This document shows positions 26,144 through 40,100 of a DNA stretch of 64,000 nucleotides, piece after piece. The notes under the pieces are model-generated. The model ran no database searches. It had not been told where the DNA came from and saw only the letters and a list, made by a program, of their open reading frames with translations. The stretch is from Octopus vulgaris (Eukaryota), in contig OX597836.1 of assembly GCA_951406725.2 (NCBI GenBank), positions 37,138,001 to 37,202,000 on the forward strand, written 5' to 3'. Made by a program: the position numbers and the translations under genes. Each line of letters begins with the position of its first letter. Positions within the stretch are counted from its first letter, which is position 1.

Positions 26144-26680
26144 ACAGGCTTCTTCCAGTTTACATCTACCAATATCTACTCACATGGCTTTGCTCGGGCC
26201 GACGCTATAGAAAGAAGACACTTGCCCAAGCTACCGAGCAATGGGACTGAACCCACATCAACGTACTTCGAAAGCAATCTTTCTGTCAAATGACTTGTTA
26301 ACTGACAGCTTTGTATCGGGATAATTCTTCAAACTGCAAACGACACTTCCAATACACTGGACAAAGCAAACTCCCGATATACAATCTGTACAATATAGTG
26401 AAATGGTCCTTCAATTACATATACACCCACATATATAAACAGATATTTAATATAAATGTGTGTGCATGTGTGTGCGTGTGTGTGCATGTGTGTGCCCGTG
26501 TGTGTGTGTGTATGGGTTCTATTGTCAACTGAAATAGCTACAAACTTTCATTCAATTCAGCGTCAAGAAGGTTTGGTCATCATATACTTAATGTAAGTTT
26601 GGCAGCCATATTATTTGTTATTCTATGCATTCCTATCCACCTTAAATGTGTGTGTGTGTGTGTGCTTGTGTGACTTTGCA

Positions 26681-26721
<41 letters not shown>

Positions 26722-26782
26722 GTATATGCATGCACACACACCCACGCACACAAATACGCACACACACACAAACAGACATACA

Positions 26783-26834
<52 letters not shown>

Positions 26835-26973
26835 CCTAGATACATAAATATATACATACACACACAGACATATATACATATATATATATATGTATATGCA
26901 TAGGCACACCGCCACGCACACACACAAATACCATCCACACACAAAGACACACATATATCTATCTATCTATCTA

Positions 26974-27039
<66 letters not shown>

Positions 27040-27569
27040 CTAGAGACCTTGTTTCTTGCTTAAATATTGTGAGTTTCTACTTGTATTTTGTCGTTGTTCG
27101 TTGTACCGTTTTGCATTTTGCGCTATCATCTCACGTTCTCTGTTAAGTTCTAATCAATCTACATAAAAGCATCGATGCAGATTTTCTACAAACCTAATCA
27201 CTTACATATGTGACAAGTTTGCAATGCCACAAAAGTAACCGCTTCATTTTGACATGATCTTAATCGATCTAATATAATGTAAGTGAGTGTGCTACGTACT
27301 TATTCCGCGGTGAGGTGCAGAGTCTGACCTTTCGGGTTCGACGTCCGTCTCTGATAGAGAATAATTCAATACGATGTTGATGTATTACTGTGATATTCAT
27401 AATTGCTTGCTGTCTTTCGTTTTCTTTCTTCTTGTAACTAATCAATTTTTGTCTGTCATGGTGCTTATTTCGTTTCGGTGGAGAATCCGCATTTATTGCA
27501 TATTGATTCGAAAAATGTGTTACTCTCATGAACACCGTCGTTCTTTATCACGTAGAAGATTTGTTAGCG

Positions 27570-27796
27570 GCGAACTGGCAGAATCGTTAGCACACTGGGC
27601 GAAATGCTTGGCGGTATTTCGTCTGTCTTTACGTTCTGAGTTCAAATTCCGCCGAGGTCGACTTTGCCTTTCATCCTTTCGGGGTCGATAAATTAAGTAC
27701 CAGTTACGCACTGGAGTCGATCTAATCGACTTAATCCCTTTGTCTGTTCGTGTTTGTCCCCTCTATGTTTAGCCCCTTGTGGGCAATAAAGAAATA
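27570..27796 (+). mobile_element. SINE family B, full length
   Basis: 16-bp TSD AGAAGATTTGTTAGCG at 27554-27569 and 27797-27812; A box TGGCAGAATCG, B box GAGTTCAAATTCC. Confidence 0.92.
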
Positions 27797-28069
27797 AGAA
27801 GATTTGTTAGCGTTATTTAGGTCTCAAGGGAATTCTTCAGCGCAATGAGGAAACCCGTGTTTGGAAGTGAGCCTTGAACTCAGAATGCTGCGAAAAGGCA
27901 AAAGAGTTACATCCTCGCATTACCGCTGACGCTCTTTTATTTCCGCCCGTCCATCAGCCTGTGGTACTTTCTGAAACACATAAGAGCAGTTTCGTGGTTT
28001 CCGTAGCGAATGTATTTATTTTCCTAGACGGGACTCCATTCCATTGTAGGGAATACTTATTTTTGTAGA

Positions 28070-28490
28070 AGGGTTGCCTGAAGCAACGTAAAATGAAGTG
28101 TTCTGCTCAAGAACACAACGCTTCGACCAGTCAAGAAATCGAAGCTACAGTCTTGCAATCATTAGTCTAATACCACTAACAACTAAGCCACGCGCCTCAA
28201 TCACCCTATAGGGGTATTTAATTTATCTAAACCCTAGGATTCATAAGGTTAGATTTTAACTGTCTTTCCTTGGCGTCAAAATGACTGACAGAACAACATT
28301 CTCTCCTGAACGGGACGTCGGTCCATTACAGGTTTAACCATCCAGCTATTGCCGAAGCCCATTTACAGTTAAATGGACTTGTACAATGTGAAATGAAGTG
28401 TTTCTTCAAGAAGACATCGTAACACCTGTTCCAGGAAGAGAAACAACAATCTTACATGTATGAATGCAAGATCCTACACACTAGGCTACG
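28070..28490 (-). mobile_element. Two degenerate SINE family D copies
   Basis: GTAAAATGAAGTGTTCTGCTCAAGAACACAACG and GTGAAATGAAGTGTTTCTTCAAGAAGACA, the reverse complement of the CORE-like box. Confidence 0.6.
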
Positions 28491-28879
28491 AACCATTAGT
28501 ATTCTTCAGTAGTAATGTTTTATATCAGAATGCAGTAAACTGGAACAAATGACACAAAGCGTTTCATCCGCCACTGCTATTCTATGTCTAGTATAAGATA
28601 TAACGGCACTCTGTATTACTGAACGTCATTTGAAATAGCTTTAGACGTGAATAATTGATATTCAATAATCTAAACTTTGTGAATGAATTAAATGTCACGC
28701 GAAGAAGATATTTCTTTTCACTTGGAGTGTAATTTTGATAAATTGATACCTCGCTACATTAGTGAGTTGGTACAGAGCTTACTTTTACTTCCTTGGTTAT
28801 ACAATACAGGATTGACTTGAGTGTGGGATATAATGAATTCAAAATGTCAGATTAGCGATGGAATTAGCAGATAAAACTC

Positions 28880-29045
28880 CCTACTCCTGTTGTACTCTTT
28901 CACCCCAACTTTCTCTCAATCTTTGTTCCTGTTTCTTGGGTAACGCTGCGATGGACTGGCGTCCCGTTCAGCTGGGGGGAACACATACGCCACAGAAACC
29001 GGGAAACCGGGCCCATGAGCCTGGCTAGGCTTGAAAAGGGACGAA
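28880..29045 (+). mobile_element. SINE family C 3' part with a variant tail
   Basis: CTGTTGTACTCTTTCACC..CAACTTTCTCTC..CTGCGATGGACTGGCGTCCCG..GAAACCGGGAAACCGG. Confidence 0.7.
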
Positions 29046-29719
29046 AAAAAATCTGAGGTCAATTTTGAAATCAGCACCCAAAACTTATTTTGTTGACCAT
29101 GTTCGGAAACATAAAAATTAATGATCTGCGCATTTAGTTCTGAGCCCTTCTTTCATGAACCCCGAAACCATTCAAAAATATATTTCTTCTTAATTGGAAT
29201 TTGCAATATTACTACAAAAATGCCATTGACAGAAAAATATGTAGCACGGTAGGAACTCATTACGACATTCTAATGGGAATACATTTCGAAAGAAGTTGGT
29301 CTCTTTGTATATCTTTTCAATAAATATAGCTATTTTAAAAGGGAAAATTAATATTTTCATCGACTTATGGAGAGATATTTAGTAAAATATGCAAGCCGTG
29401 CTGCTGTAAGTTTTCTTCTTAAAGTAGGAAAGAAAATTGTATCAGAGGATATCTCGTATTTACGTTAAATGCCTAGAGAATTAACATGAGATGAACTTCA
29501 ATGGCTGCAAAGTTAATTTGATACATCGTCGCTGAATGCAGTCATCAGATCCTTAGCACTTAATTTAGATCGCTCACCTCGAAGGATTTTCTCATCATAC
29601 ATTGAATGGAGACACAACAAACCCATCGATCTGAAGGAGTTACAACATACGATTCATTGAATATTTGAGAAACACTGACGCGTAGAAATCCAATTTTTTG
29701 CATCTGACTAAAGCTATCG

Positions 29720-30045
29720 GAATATTGTTGTTGCTGTTGCTGCTCCTGGTGGTGGAAGTGATGGTGGCGGTAGTGGGTGGGTGATAATGGCCCTGGTATC
29801 AGTAGAGTCGCAGGTGGTGGTGGTGGTGGTGGTGGTGGTGGCGGTAACGGTAGTGACAGGAGTGGTGACGCTAGTGGTTGTGATAACGGCGATGGTGATG
29901 GTGGTGGTGGTGGCGGTGGAAATGGAGCAATAGCGGTGGCAGCAATAGCGGTAGTGGTAGTAGCCCTGCCAGGAGTTGTGACAGCGGCGGCAGCGGTGAT
30001 GGTGGTGGTGGTGGTGCTGACGGTTGTGTTGGCGGTGGAGGTCAT
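29720..30045. repeat. Degenerate (GGT)n/(TGC)n low-complexity tract
   Basis: Direct reading; source of the poly-P/poly-G ORFs. Confidence 0.85.
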
Positions 30046-30867
30046 GCCTGTCGTTGCGTTACACCAATTTCGTCTAGGCCTTCCTTCTATGGGTACCTCG
30101 CCTTTTATGCATTTTAGGACTACCTTTTAGGACTACCCTTATATGCTCTTTCTTTCTTTTCTGATTCGCAGGCAATACAGGTTCACCAGTTAACTGATCA
30201 ACAATTATTTTTTTAACATAATTCCACATCAGCCGGTTTGGTTATGATGCGGAGGTTCCAGACATGACCACTAAGTATTTTTGTACATATATATATATAT
30301 ATCAGAACATTTTCTAATGCCCTTGTTTTAAAGATGTTAGATTTGATTTCAGAGTAGGTTATTATATTGGCTGCAATTTCTAGCAGGATGAGCCACTGTG
30401 TAGATTTTCGTCTCAATAGCATACAAAAGCTGCTATATCTGTTCATATCATGTTTGGAATATAAGAGTATTTCTGCTTGTTTATTTGGTTCTTTTTGTTG
30501 CAAGCCCGGCAATATTAAGAAGATGGAGAGGTCAGTCACATGGATTCTAGCACTTGATTTAATTAATATAATTTATCGATCTCGAGAGGATGGAAGGTAA
30601 AGTTGTCTTCGGCGGAATTTCAACGTAATATGGTTAAGCATTTTCCCGATGCGATAACGATTCTGCCAGGTCGTCGCCTTATTGAATTATTAAATTATAC
30701 GAATTGCTTTAAAATTGAAAGTAAAGATATTATTTTAGGCATCTAAAATAAGACATTTACTGCTATGATTCCAGTAGCTAGCCTTTAGAAATATGTACCA
30801 GATGCTGTAGTTGCTACGATTTATTAAACTTATTCCAAAGTTTGCTGTTAATAACATTAGCGGAAGA

Positions 30868-31070
30868 AGGCGGTGAGGTAGCTCAATCGTTACCTGGACA
30901 AGAAAAGTGCTTTGCGGCGTTTTCGTCGCACTTTACATACTAAGTTCAAATTCTGTTGAGGTCGACTTTACTTTTCATACTTTCGGGGACGTTAAAAATA
31001 AGCACTAGTAATCGACCTATTCCTTCCCTCTCTCGAAATTGGTGGCTTTGAACCAACATTTGAAACCATT
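30868..31070 (+). mobile_element. SINE family B, diverged
   Basis: Aligns to 27570-27730; flanked by approximate repeats of ATTAGCGGAAG. Confidence 0.7.
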
Positions 31071-31380
31071 AATATTAGCGGAAGGAAATGCTCAGTATTT
31101 ATTAGAACCATGAAACATCGATAGCAAAAGCATTTATAACAACCAATCAGGAAGACAAATAAAATTCCTTATAAAAATTGATGAGTTTGTACGAAAATAT
31201 CAATAAGCCTTCTTTACATTCCATAAAAGTTCACGCATTTTCTTAGAGATAATGAGGGTTTTCAACGATGCTTAAACTTTCATCTCAAAATACAAACAAG
31301 GTAAATTATTAATTATGTAAAATTGCAAAACTAAATAATATAATATAATGTTTGCATGTCAATAAATGGTTAGCGTAATG

Positions 31381-31580
31381 CAGTGAGGTGGGAGAACAGT
31401 TAACCTGCCGGATAAATTACTTAACGATATTCCGTCCGTCTTTACATTCTTATATTAAATACTGCCGAGGTCGGCTTTGCCTTTTATTCTCTCGGGCTCG
31501 ATAAAATGAATACCAGTTAAGTACTGGGGTTGATGTAATCACTTAAAATTACTGACCCTGTGCCAAAATTTCAAACCAAT
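31381..31580 (+). mobile_element. SINE family B, diverged
   Basis: GCCGAGGTCGGCTTTGCC..GATAAAATGAATACCAG..ACTGGGGTTGATG. Confidence 0.7.
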
Positions 31581-32883
31581 ATGTGGGCACTGCATTTGAT
31601 GGTATAGAACATGCAATTGCCCTTTGAAACTATCTAAAGAAATCACCCCACCTCAGATATGCAAAGTATAAGACCTCCAAAACGTTTTGTCTTAATATGC
31701 GCTACTGAAATTGGGATACGTCTAATACGCCCGTGCTTCTTTGACGCCATTAAATTACAGTGTCTTTTTTATGATTAATAGAATTTGAATGATTTTCAGC
31801 TATGAATTGATAAATGGATCTCCATCGTTTTTGACGATGATTTCGCAGTTCTTCGATACAATGAGCAATCTACTTTTTGGTGTGTTGCGTAGGCGGCTAT
31901 TTATCTTATATATACTCATAAATTTAAATCAATATTCAACCCGACACTGTGTGCGACAAGGCCACGTCTTTGTATTGTAAGTAAAGCCCAACCTGCGGAA
32001 TTACACGCAGTTTCTGACAATTCAAATTTTGCTTGTAGAATAGAACCTGAAACCATATGAACCCAAACTAAACTAATTAAACACTTGTCATGAACCCATA
32101 AGATCCCATACAAATTAGCAAAATTGTTTTTTAACGATGTACAGATATTTGTATTATTTTTTCTATTTATGCGTATTTAACGGCAATTAAATTCCAATTT
32201 CATCCACTTACATAAATCAAGAGTCTCTTTTTACTGAAATATTTGCTAATTAAAGCCAACACACACTGATAATCAGTTGACTCATTAATCTTGGTTACTT
32301 AATGATTTTTTTCCAAGTTTGATTCGATGCAGTTAAGTTCTTAAACACGTAAATCCGCTGTAAATAAGAACGAGGATACTTGAAACTAAGAATTTAACAT
32401 AATTCCAAAATTATATTCTTTAGATAATTATATGTAACCGCTTTCTTTTTCGTTTTTTGCATATCACTACTTTGTATAGTTAACAATTCCTCGCGCAGCA
32501 TTCTGAGTTGTTACACATGGAATTGTGAATTTATTGGGTATTTAATGTGGTTTTCACGTAGTTATATATGATATAATCTCCAGTAGAGAAACAAAATTCA
32601 AAGAGGAAAAATGTGTTGTTTTCCAATCTCCCAGTACGCCAAGTTATATTTTAAAATATAATAACAAATTGTTCTGTAAAAAATCGGGGCAATTTCATTT
32701 CGTCTAGCCCTGAAGCATACCTTATTTTTAAGACTATTCACCTTCAAAGGGTTCCCTCTCGGACGAAAACCGCAGCATCTGGACTTTAAGCAACGCACAT
32801 TAAGTAAGCTAGATTAATTATGTTTAGATTATTGAGCTGCTTCTGTTGCATAGGTTGCATTTATTATAATTAATATATCTACT

Positions 32884-33206
32884 GTGGAGGCACATAGCCT
32901 AGTAGTTAGAGCAGCGGACACGCGGTCAAGGGATCGCGGGTTCGAATCTCAGACCAGGCAATGTGTGTTTATGAGCGAAACACCTAAGCTCCACGCGGCT
33001 CCGGCAGAAGGTAATGGCGAACTTCTTATGACTTTCTATCTATAAATGTTCTGACTCTTTCGCGACAACTTTCTCTCACTCTTTCCTCTTGCATCTTGCA
33101 GCTCATCTGCGACGGACCGGTGTCCCGCTCAGGTGAGGAACCTATACGCCAAGGAAACCTGGAAAATTATGAGCCAGGCATGGCTCGAGAAGGATCAAAC
33201 AAAAAC
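32884..33206 (+). mobile_element. SINE family C, full length
   Basis: 12-bp TSD AATATATCTACT; A box and B box (GGTTCGAATC). Confidence 0.92.
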
Positions 33207-33227
33207 AATATATCTACTAAATCTGCA

Positions 33228-33430
33228 GTGAAGGAGCATGGCTCAGTGGATAGAGTGTCCGGCTCACTTTCATGAGGCTGCGAGTTTGATACTCGGAACC
33301 TGCTATGTGTTCTAATCTTGAGCAAGACATCTTATTTCGCATTGCTCGAGTTCACTCAGCCGTGTTACTGGTGCCAAGTTGTATTGTCCTTTGCTTGGGA
33401 TAACATTCGTCGGAGAGGAGAGGCTGGTAT
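33228..33430 (+). mobile_element. SINE family D, diverged
   Basis: Aligns to 36314-36545. Confidence 0.75.
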
Positions 33431-34226
33431 GATAATTCCTGGGTGGGGGTCCCACCCTTAAGGGACTTTAGTAGGCTGGGTCGCAACGACTATTCTACAA
33501 GATAAAGATTAATGTCAAATCCATCTTCTGTTTACTTAAGAAATTATTATTACTATTATTATATACATGTATATATGTATATATATATATATATATATAC
33601 ACACAAGTGCCAATTATTACATATGTGTGTGCGTTTGTGTGTGAGAGAGAGAGTGTGTGTCTGTCTGTCTGTCTGTGTCTCTGAGTCTGTGTGTCTGTAT
33701 ATTATAGAGAGAGACAGATAGACATACATACAGATAGATAGAGAGATAGATAGAGAGATAGATAGAGAGATAGATAGACAGATATGTGTTTATGTGTATG
33801 TATGTACATATACTTATAGTATATGTATGTTTGTGACTACGTATGTATATAGGTTTATGTAAATTTTGTTCGAAGTTCGAAAGCGTAGCTCAGCAGGTCA
33901 CAGCATTTTTGGACAAAAATTGAGAGACCGATAGATAAATCTGAAACAGAGAACAAATTCGTTTATCCAGTTTCTAACTACAGTTTTCAGAGACGTCATT
34001 CAGTAGCCAAAAAAATTGATTTCGCAGCTGACTCGAAGCTGATGATAATGATTTCATCTATGATTCAGTAAATATTTTTTTTTCAAATTGCAGAATGAGT
34101 GTGAATGAATCTTCCATGTTCGTTATTCGTTCGGTATTTCATACCTTATATATATTCATACACACGCACACGCACACAATCACACACACATACACAGACA
34201 CAACCACTCACATACACATATAAAAG

Positions 34227-34317
<91 letters not shown>

Positions 34318-34318
34318 G

Positions 34319-34384
<66 letters not shown>

Positions 34385-34387
<3 letters not shown>

Positions 34388-34548
34388 CTCTCCGTGTTTC
34401 TTTTCTGTGTATCTTTCTGTTGAAGAGCGTAGGCTCGAGACGTAAAAGACTTGTTTTATTTCTATTCCTGTGCACCATACTAATACAATTGTTTGTTTGT
34501 ATTCCACCTACCTTCGTCTTTTGTTTATTTTCGTAAAGCTTCCTGTTA
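34385..34548 (+). mobile_element. Short PLE-like element between (TA)n arrays
   Basis: Flanked by TA arrays; homologues at 1910-2030, ~5250-5400 and 50178-50370; contains a hammerhead-like motif. Confidence 0.65.
34412..34449 (+). ncRNA. Minimal hammerhead-like motif (variant core, stem III reduced to ACGT)
   Basis: TCTTT-CTGTTGA-A-GAGC-GTAG-GCTC-GAGA-C-GTA-AAAGA; perfect stems I and II; A6U and GAAA>GAGA changes. Confidence 0.6.
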
Positions 34549-34594
34549 TATATGTATATATATGTATATATATATATGTATATACATATGTATA

Positions 34595-34674
<80 letters not shown>

Positions 34675-34825
34675 AAGACGTTATGAGAGATAATGGTGTC
34701 AACAAAACCCAAAGGTGTAAGGTAATGCTGAACAAGTGATTTGGATAGACTCTAGTTAAGCTCCAAGTTGGGTAATTATGCGAATAAGGGGTCCAACGTA
34801 GGTCATATATCAGCATGTGTATGTA

Positions 34826-34979
34826 TAATTTTTTTTTCAGAATGAGATAAAATCCAAGGGTCTGCAAGAATTCAGAACATTTATAAAAAGAAGGTCTCTC
34901 ACCTGTAAGACCTTCTATTTATAAATGTTCTGAAATCTTTCACAGCCTTGGATTTTATCACATTCTGAAGAAAAAATTA
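34826..34979. repeat. Inverted repeat (~72-bp arms) abutting (TA)n
   Basis: 34826-34897 versus 34908-34979. Confidence 0.8.
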
Positions 34980-34982
34980 CTT

Positions 34983-35048
<66 letters not shown>

Positions 35049-35058
35049 GAGAGGGAGG

Positions 35059-35091
<33 letters not shown>

Positions 35092-35219
35092 AGAGAGAGA
35101 GAGGTAGAGAGAGAGAGAGAGAGAAATGCATAATAGGTACAGGACGTCACTAACAGTACGCAACATGAAATATATGTATGTACGTGTGTAGGTGTGTATA
35201 CATATATATATACATATAG

Positions 35220-35690
35220 AAAGGCATCCATATAACTCAACAAATTTGTTAAAATTAGAGAAGAGATGTTATAATTTGAAAGAATGTTAATGCACGCATA
35301 CAATATTAAAACGTGTAAATTCGTGGTAGAATAATTGAAATTAATTTGATTAGTTGAAATTAATTACACATCACGTATATATTTTTTATTATGATGCTTT
35401 CAATTTTCATAAGGATAAATATGTATATCCGAAATTGTTCTCTACTATTTCCTTCATCGAGTCCTCTGTAATAATAATTTTTTGCGTATACAACTTGCAC
35501 TGAGGAAAAACAGTGATATGTATTTAAGGTAATTCAATCAAATTAATTAAATTATTTTACCATGAATTTACAGGTTTTAATATCGCTGTTTGAAACGATC
35601 GCATGCATGTATTAAAATTCATTCAAATTTTAATATGTTCTCTTTTCCATTTTTAGCAAATTTGCTGGGTTCTATGGTTTACCTTGCCAT
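35220..35690. repeat. Old diverged inverted repeat, probably a PLE-like fold-back
   Basis: 35220-35368 versus 35529-35686 (e.g. AAATTCGTGGTAGAATAATT / AATTATTTTACCATGAATTT). Confidence 0.6.
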
Positions 35691-35851
35691 AAATTCTCAT
35701 AACACACCATATACAAGTATTATTTTCACATTCGCAAACTTACACGAGTAAGCTACCAGCAAATTATGAAGAACCTTTATTAGAAATCGCTTTTTTAGAA
35801 CCCTCCAAAATAAAGGATGAAATAAATTTCAAACTCCCCCCCAAAAGAAAA

Positions 35852-35935
<84 letters not shown>

Positions 35936-35942
<7 letters not shown>

Positions 35943-36126
35943 CGTGTCTGTGTGTATGTGTTTGTCCCCCATTAGTGTGGTTGCATTCCCCTAACAGCGG
36001 TCCGGCAAAATATCGGTCAATAGAATAAGTACCAGGCTTAAAATGTGCAAGAGTCGATTTATTGAACAAGAAATTTTTGAAGGTGGTGCCGTAGCATCGC
36101 TATAATTTGATGACTGAAACAAGTAA
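35936..36126 (+). mobile_element. SINE family A, 3' half, diverged
   Basis: TGTTTGTCCCC..GAATAAGTACCAGG..GACTGAAACAAGTAAA. Confidence 0.7.
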
Positions 36127-36313
36127 ATTGTAAACGGTTACAGGTAATATGCTTCCTGCTAGGTGAACCCAAATCTTTCTCTCATTGTCTTAAAGAAATC
36201 CCAATTCCTATATCTTTGGTATTCAATAGGAAGGGAGTGAAGCTTTGTCTTTTATCCAGCCCCTTTCAATTAATTTCTATTTATGTTTCTTTAATTCCAG
36301 CCAAGTATGTCAT

Positions 36314-36630
36314 GTGAAGGTGCGTAGCTCAGTGGTTAGAGCTTCTAGCTTACGAACATGAGGTTGGGAGTTCGAATCCCGGACCTGGCAACGTGTTGTG
36401 TTCTTGAGCAAGACACTTTATTTCACGTTGCTCCAGTTCACTCAGTTGTAGAAATGAGTTGCGATGTCACTGCTGCCAAGCTGTATCGGCATTTGCCTTT
36501 CCCTTGGATAACATCGGTGGCGTAGAGAGAGGAGGCTGGTATGCGTGAGCTACCGCTGATCTTCCATAAACAACCTTGCCCGGACTTTTGCCCTGGAGGG
36601 TAACTTTCTAGGTCATGACCGAATGGGTCT
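36314..36630 (+). mobile_element. SINE family D (tRNA head plus CORE-like domain)
   Basis: TAGCTCAGTGG (A box), GAGTTCGAATCC (B box), GTTGTGTTCTTGAGCAAGACACTTTATTTCAC..CCAGTTCACTCAG. Confidence 0.85.
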
Positions 36631-38125
36631 CAGCATTTATATTTCTACATTATTACGGCCTTCAAAAATAAAGTACAGATTCCATACATTCCAAATTGCA
36701 CAGTTAAGTTTTTAGCTTAGTGATAAACTACTAAATGGAAAAGTTTGTAATCATATATATACAACGAATCTCGCAGCAACAATAGCATCAACAGCAACAG
36801 TGACAGCACCATCACCACCAACATAGCCACCACCACCAACAACAAAAAAAAAACAGAAATAATAACAACAACAGCAACATCTACAGGCACCTGCTTTCGG
36901 TAAAATATATTTTACAATATCTAAATGGAAGAAATCAGATATTTGGGCGATGAGTGAATATGTATCATTAAATCATTTTAATTCTTTTGGATTGACAGTC
37001 GAAATCCGAAGGAAAATCTGTGTATTTCTAAAATAAAAAAGGTTTCATCTATTTTGATATTGGATGCGAAAGAGGTGTTATTGATTTTTCAATTCCCTAC
37101 GACATGTTTTCTCCGAGAATGTAAACATAAATGTTGAGAAAATGAGACAACAAAACAAAAAAAAACATATGAAAGAAGTGAGAAAGCTCTATCATTATAT
37201 TAATGTAACTGTCAAAGCTTCTAATCTATTGATTTCTTATTTAAGAAAGCTGGTATTTGCTGATATCAGAAAAGAAAGTGGTTGCTTTTGAACAAATATT
37301 ATCGACCTCCGAAAGTGAAGTGTCATCAAAGTGCATTCAGAGACAACTCTCATCTCTGGTATCCAGGCTGCATCACCCTTCTTCTTCAGTAACTCTATAT
37401 ATTAGATGTTCCCTAGATTGTGACATTATTGATTTATTTTGACGAAGAGCCAAAGTAAATTGTCTGTATAAGCGTATACTGTCAATGAAAGAGGACTCTG
37501 TTGTATTACGAAAATCTTACCGTATTTTTCAATTGATATTCAGCAACATAACGTCATATCTATCAATATTTAAATGCAAACCATATAGGGATTTGACGGT
37601 ATACCATTTCATATTAGATTTTACAATGTCTAATATACAGAAGCTATTTTATGTTAGTCAAGATGGAAGCTTTTTGCGAGCAATACTATATATATGTGGG
37701 TGTGTGTATGTGTGTGACTGTATATCTATATATGTATATATAAATATATATGTGTGTGTGTGTGTGTGTGTGTATATGTATATGAAGGTGTGTGGTTTTG
37801 TGGTTAACGTGTTTGGATTAAATTTGAGAGTTTGCATAAAAGGAAAAGAAAGCAAAATAACCCACCCAAAAAACGTATTTTAAAACAACCAAAAGGTATC
37901 AACTAGATTATGGCTGGGAGATAACAGTTTACCAAAAGGAGCTGTCTCAGCTTCCAATCTGCCATAAGATTACTCCTGAAACTGGCGCATGCGTTCCTCA
38001 CATTAGTCGTGGGAATATTTTGTCATTACGTCCTTGGTCATGGTCACTAGTTCGATTCGTTCGACTGAAGTTCTTCAAGGCGGTGCCCCAATATGCCCGT
38101 CGTCTAATGACTGAAACAAATAAAA

Positions 38126-38193
<68 letters not shown>

Positions 38194-39071
38194 ATTATAT
38201 ATATATATATATCTCAATCCAGGGATCGACGTGTAGGCTGAGAGCAATCGGTAGTGAATATTAAAAAGAAAAAACTTTCAGGAACCATAGTGGTTTATTT
38301 AGACGGATGGTCGCGGGCTTTTCATTTTTTTCCCCTTTTATCGAAGAACAATGAGCTGAAAAGCAGTTCTTTTTATATTCTTCGGTAGGCAAGCGGTTGC
38401 CGAGCGTGTGAAAAAGTATACAAGAGTTACGGAATGGAATATGGGAAATCCGGGTTACACATATTTCATAGCTTGTGGCACAGCTGTATATATGCTTGTG
38501 TGTGTGTGTGTGTGTGTGTGTGTATGCGTGTGTGTGCATATATATATGTACATATTCACTCTATGCCTATAGTTTTTTTATTTATTTATAAGGTGTGATG
38601 TATGGAAAATTAGCTGCTATTTCTAGTACTCTGATCAACTACAGATTCTTGTGTTAGTTCATACGTCTCTGTTAATGTACTTTTACAAGAAGTGTATGAC
38701 CGTAAACATAAAGAGACCGATAGAATAAGTACCAGGTTTACAAAGAATAAGTCCTGGGGTCGATTTGGTCGACTAAAGGTGGTGCTCTAGTATGGCCACA
38801 GTCAAATGACTGACACAATTAAAAAGAGAGATTCTATCGTCTGAGATGTTATTGTTGATATTTCTTGTCACATTAGATATTTTCTCCCTCTCATTCTATT
38901 TTTCATTCCTAAACTCGAGAAAATATTTTGTAACATTTTACTAATTTTTTCATTGTTAAATGTAGATTTTAATTAAAGAATATAATTGAAAGTTTAAACA
39001 ATTATGAATCTCATCCATCCATTCATTGTACCATTCTAATTAAAAATAGGCGAATGACTAATTAAATGATA

Positions 39072-39465
39072 TCTATATATATAAAAGTGAGGTTGTGTGG
39101 TGTCTTCCTTATACGATTTAGATTCCTAACTACTCCCACATTTTGCGGTGCAGTTTAACCAAAAGCGGGTATCTTATAGTCGTGATTCATATCGAGTGCT
39201 TCTAGGTATTAGCGCACGTCTACGATGAGTCTACGATTAAAAAAAAATTTACCATCATTTTTTCCCATTTTTAATGCATTTTTGGCATATATAAGGGAAG
39301 TAACTCTCTAAAAATGTATTATTAAATCTCAGAACCTAAAAAGCTACAGTAACACCCCCCCTTGTGGTTAGCCATATTGAGATGGCTATTATACTTTACA
39401 TCTCTAAAAATGCTTATATAGTTATTTCCCTTACAAACCCGAGCAACGACGGGCGATACTGCTAG
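39072..39465 (+). mobile_element. Non-autonomous Helitron carrying a captured PLE fragment
   Basis: A|TC start, hairpin CCCG..CGGG, CTAG|T end; same family as 18720-19118. Confidence 0.9.
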
Positions 39466-39606
39466 TAAATTATGTAATTGTAGATGGCAGAATCAGACAT
39501 CCAGCAATATATATATGTATATATATATATACTCGGGACCAGTAGCAAAAAAAAAAGTAAACACTTCAGTTACTTGTTAGAATATTCGTGTAAACGAAGT
39601 AATTGT

Positions 39607-39686
39607 AGGGAGTCTCTAAAGGCTTCGTGTCGTATAACATACACTCAGGGAGTCTCTAAAGGCTTCGTGTCGTATAACATACACTC
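39607..39686. repeat. Perfect 40-bp tandem duplication
   Basis: AGGGAGTCTCTAAAGGCTTCGTGTCGTATAACATACACTC twice. Confidence 0.95.
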
Positions 39687-39903
39687 TTTTACTTGTTGCA
39701 GTCATTTGACTGTGGCCATGCTGGAGCACTGCCTCCAGTCGAGCAAATCGACTCCAGGACTTATTCTTTGTAAGCCTAGTACTTATTCTATCGGTTTCTC
39801 TTTTGCCGAACCGCTAAGTTACGGGGACGCAAACCCACCAGCATTAGTTGTCAAGCGATGTTGTGGTGAGAAACACAGACACACAAACAAATACGCACAC
39901 ACA

Positions 39904-39975
<72 letters not shown>

Positions 39976-40100
39976 CATATATACGACGGGCTTCTTTCAG
40001 TTTCCGTCTACCAAATGCACTCACAAGATTTTTGTCAGGGTGCCACGCAGTGGGACTGAACCCCAAACCATGTGGTTGATATGCAAGCTACTTACCACAG
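39683..40100 (-). mobile_element. SINE family A with internal deletion
   Basis: Aligns to 7057-7481. Confidence 0.87.

Noticed and set aside
29560-30130. Pro-rich or Gly-rich ORFs
   Set aside because: Degenerate (GGT)n microsatellite open on both strands; no domain or splice evidence
35406-35440. Hammerhead-like TTCATAA-GGATA..TATCC-GAAA
   Set aside because: G5 is missing and stem I does not pair; at best a decayed copy
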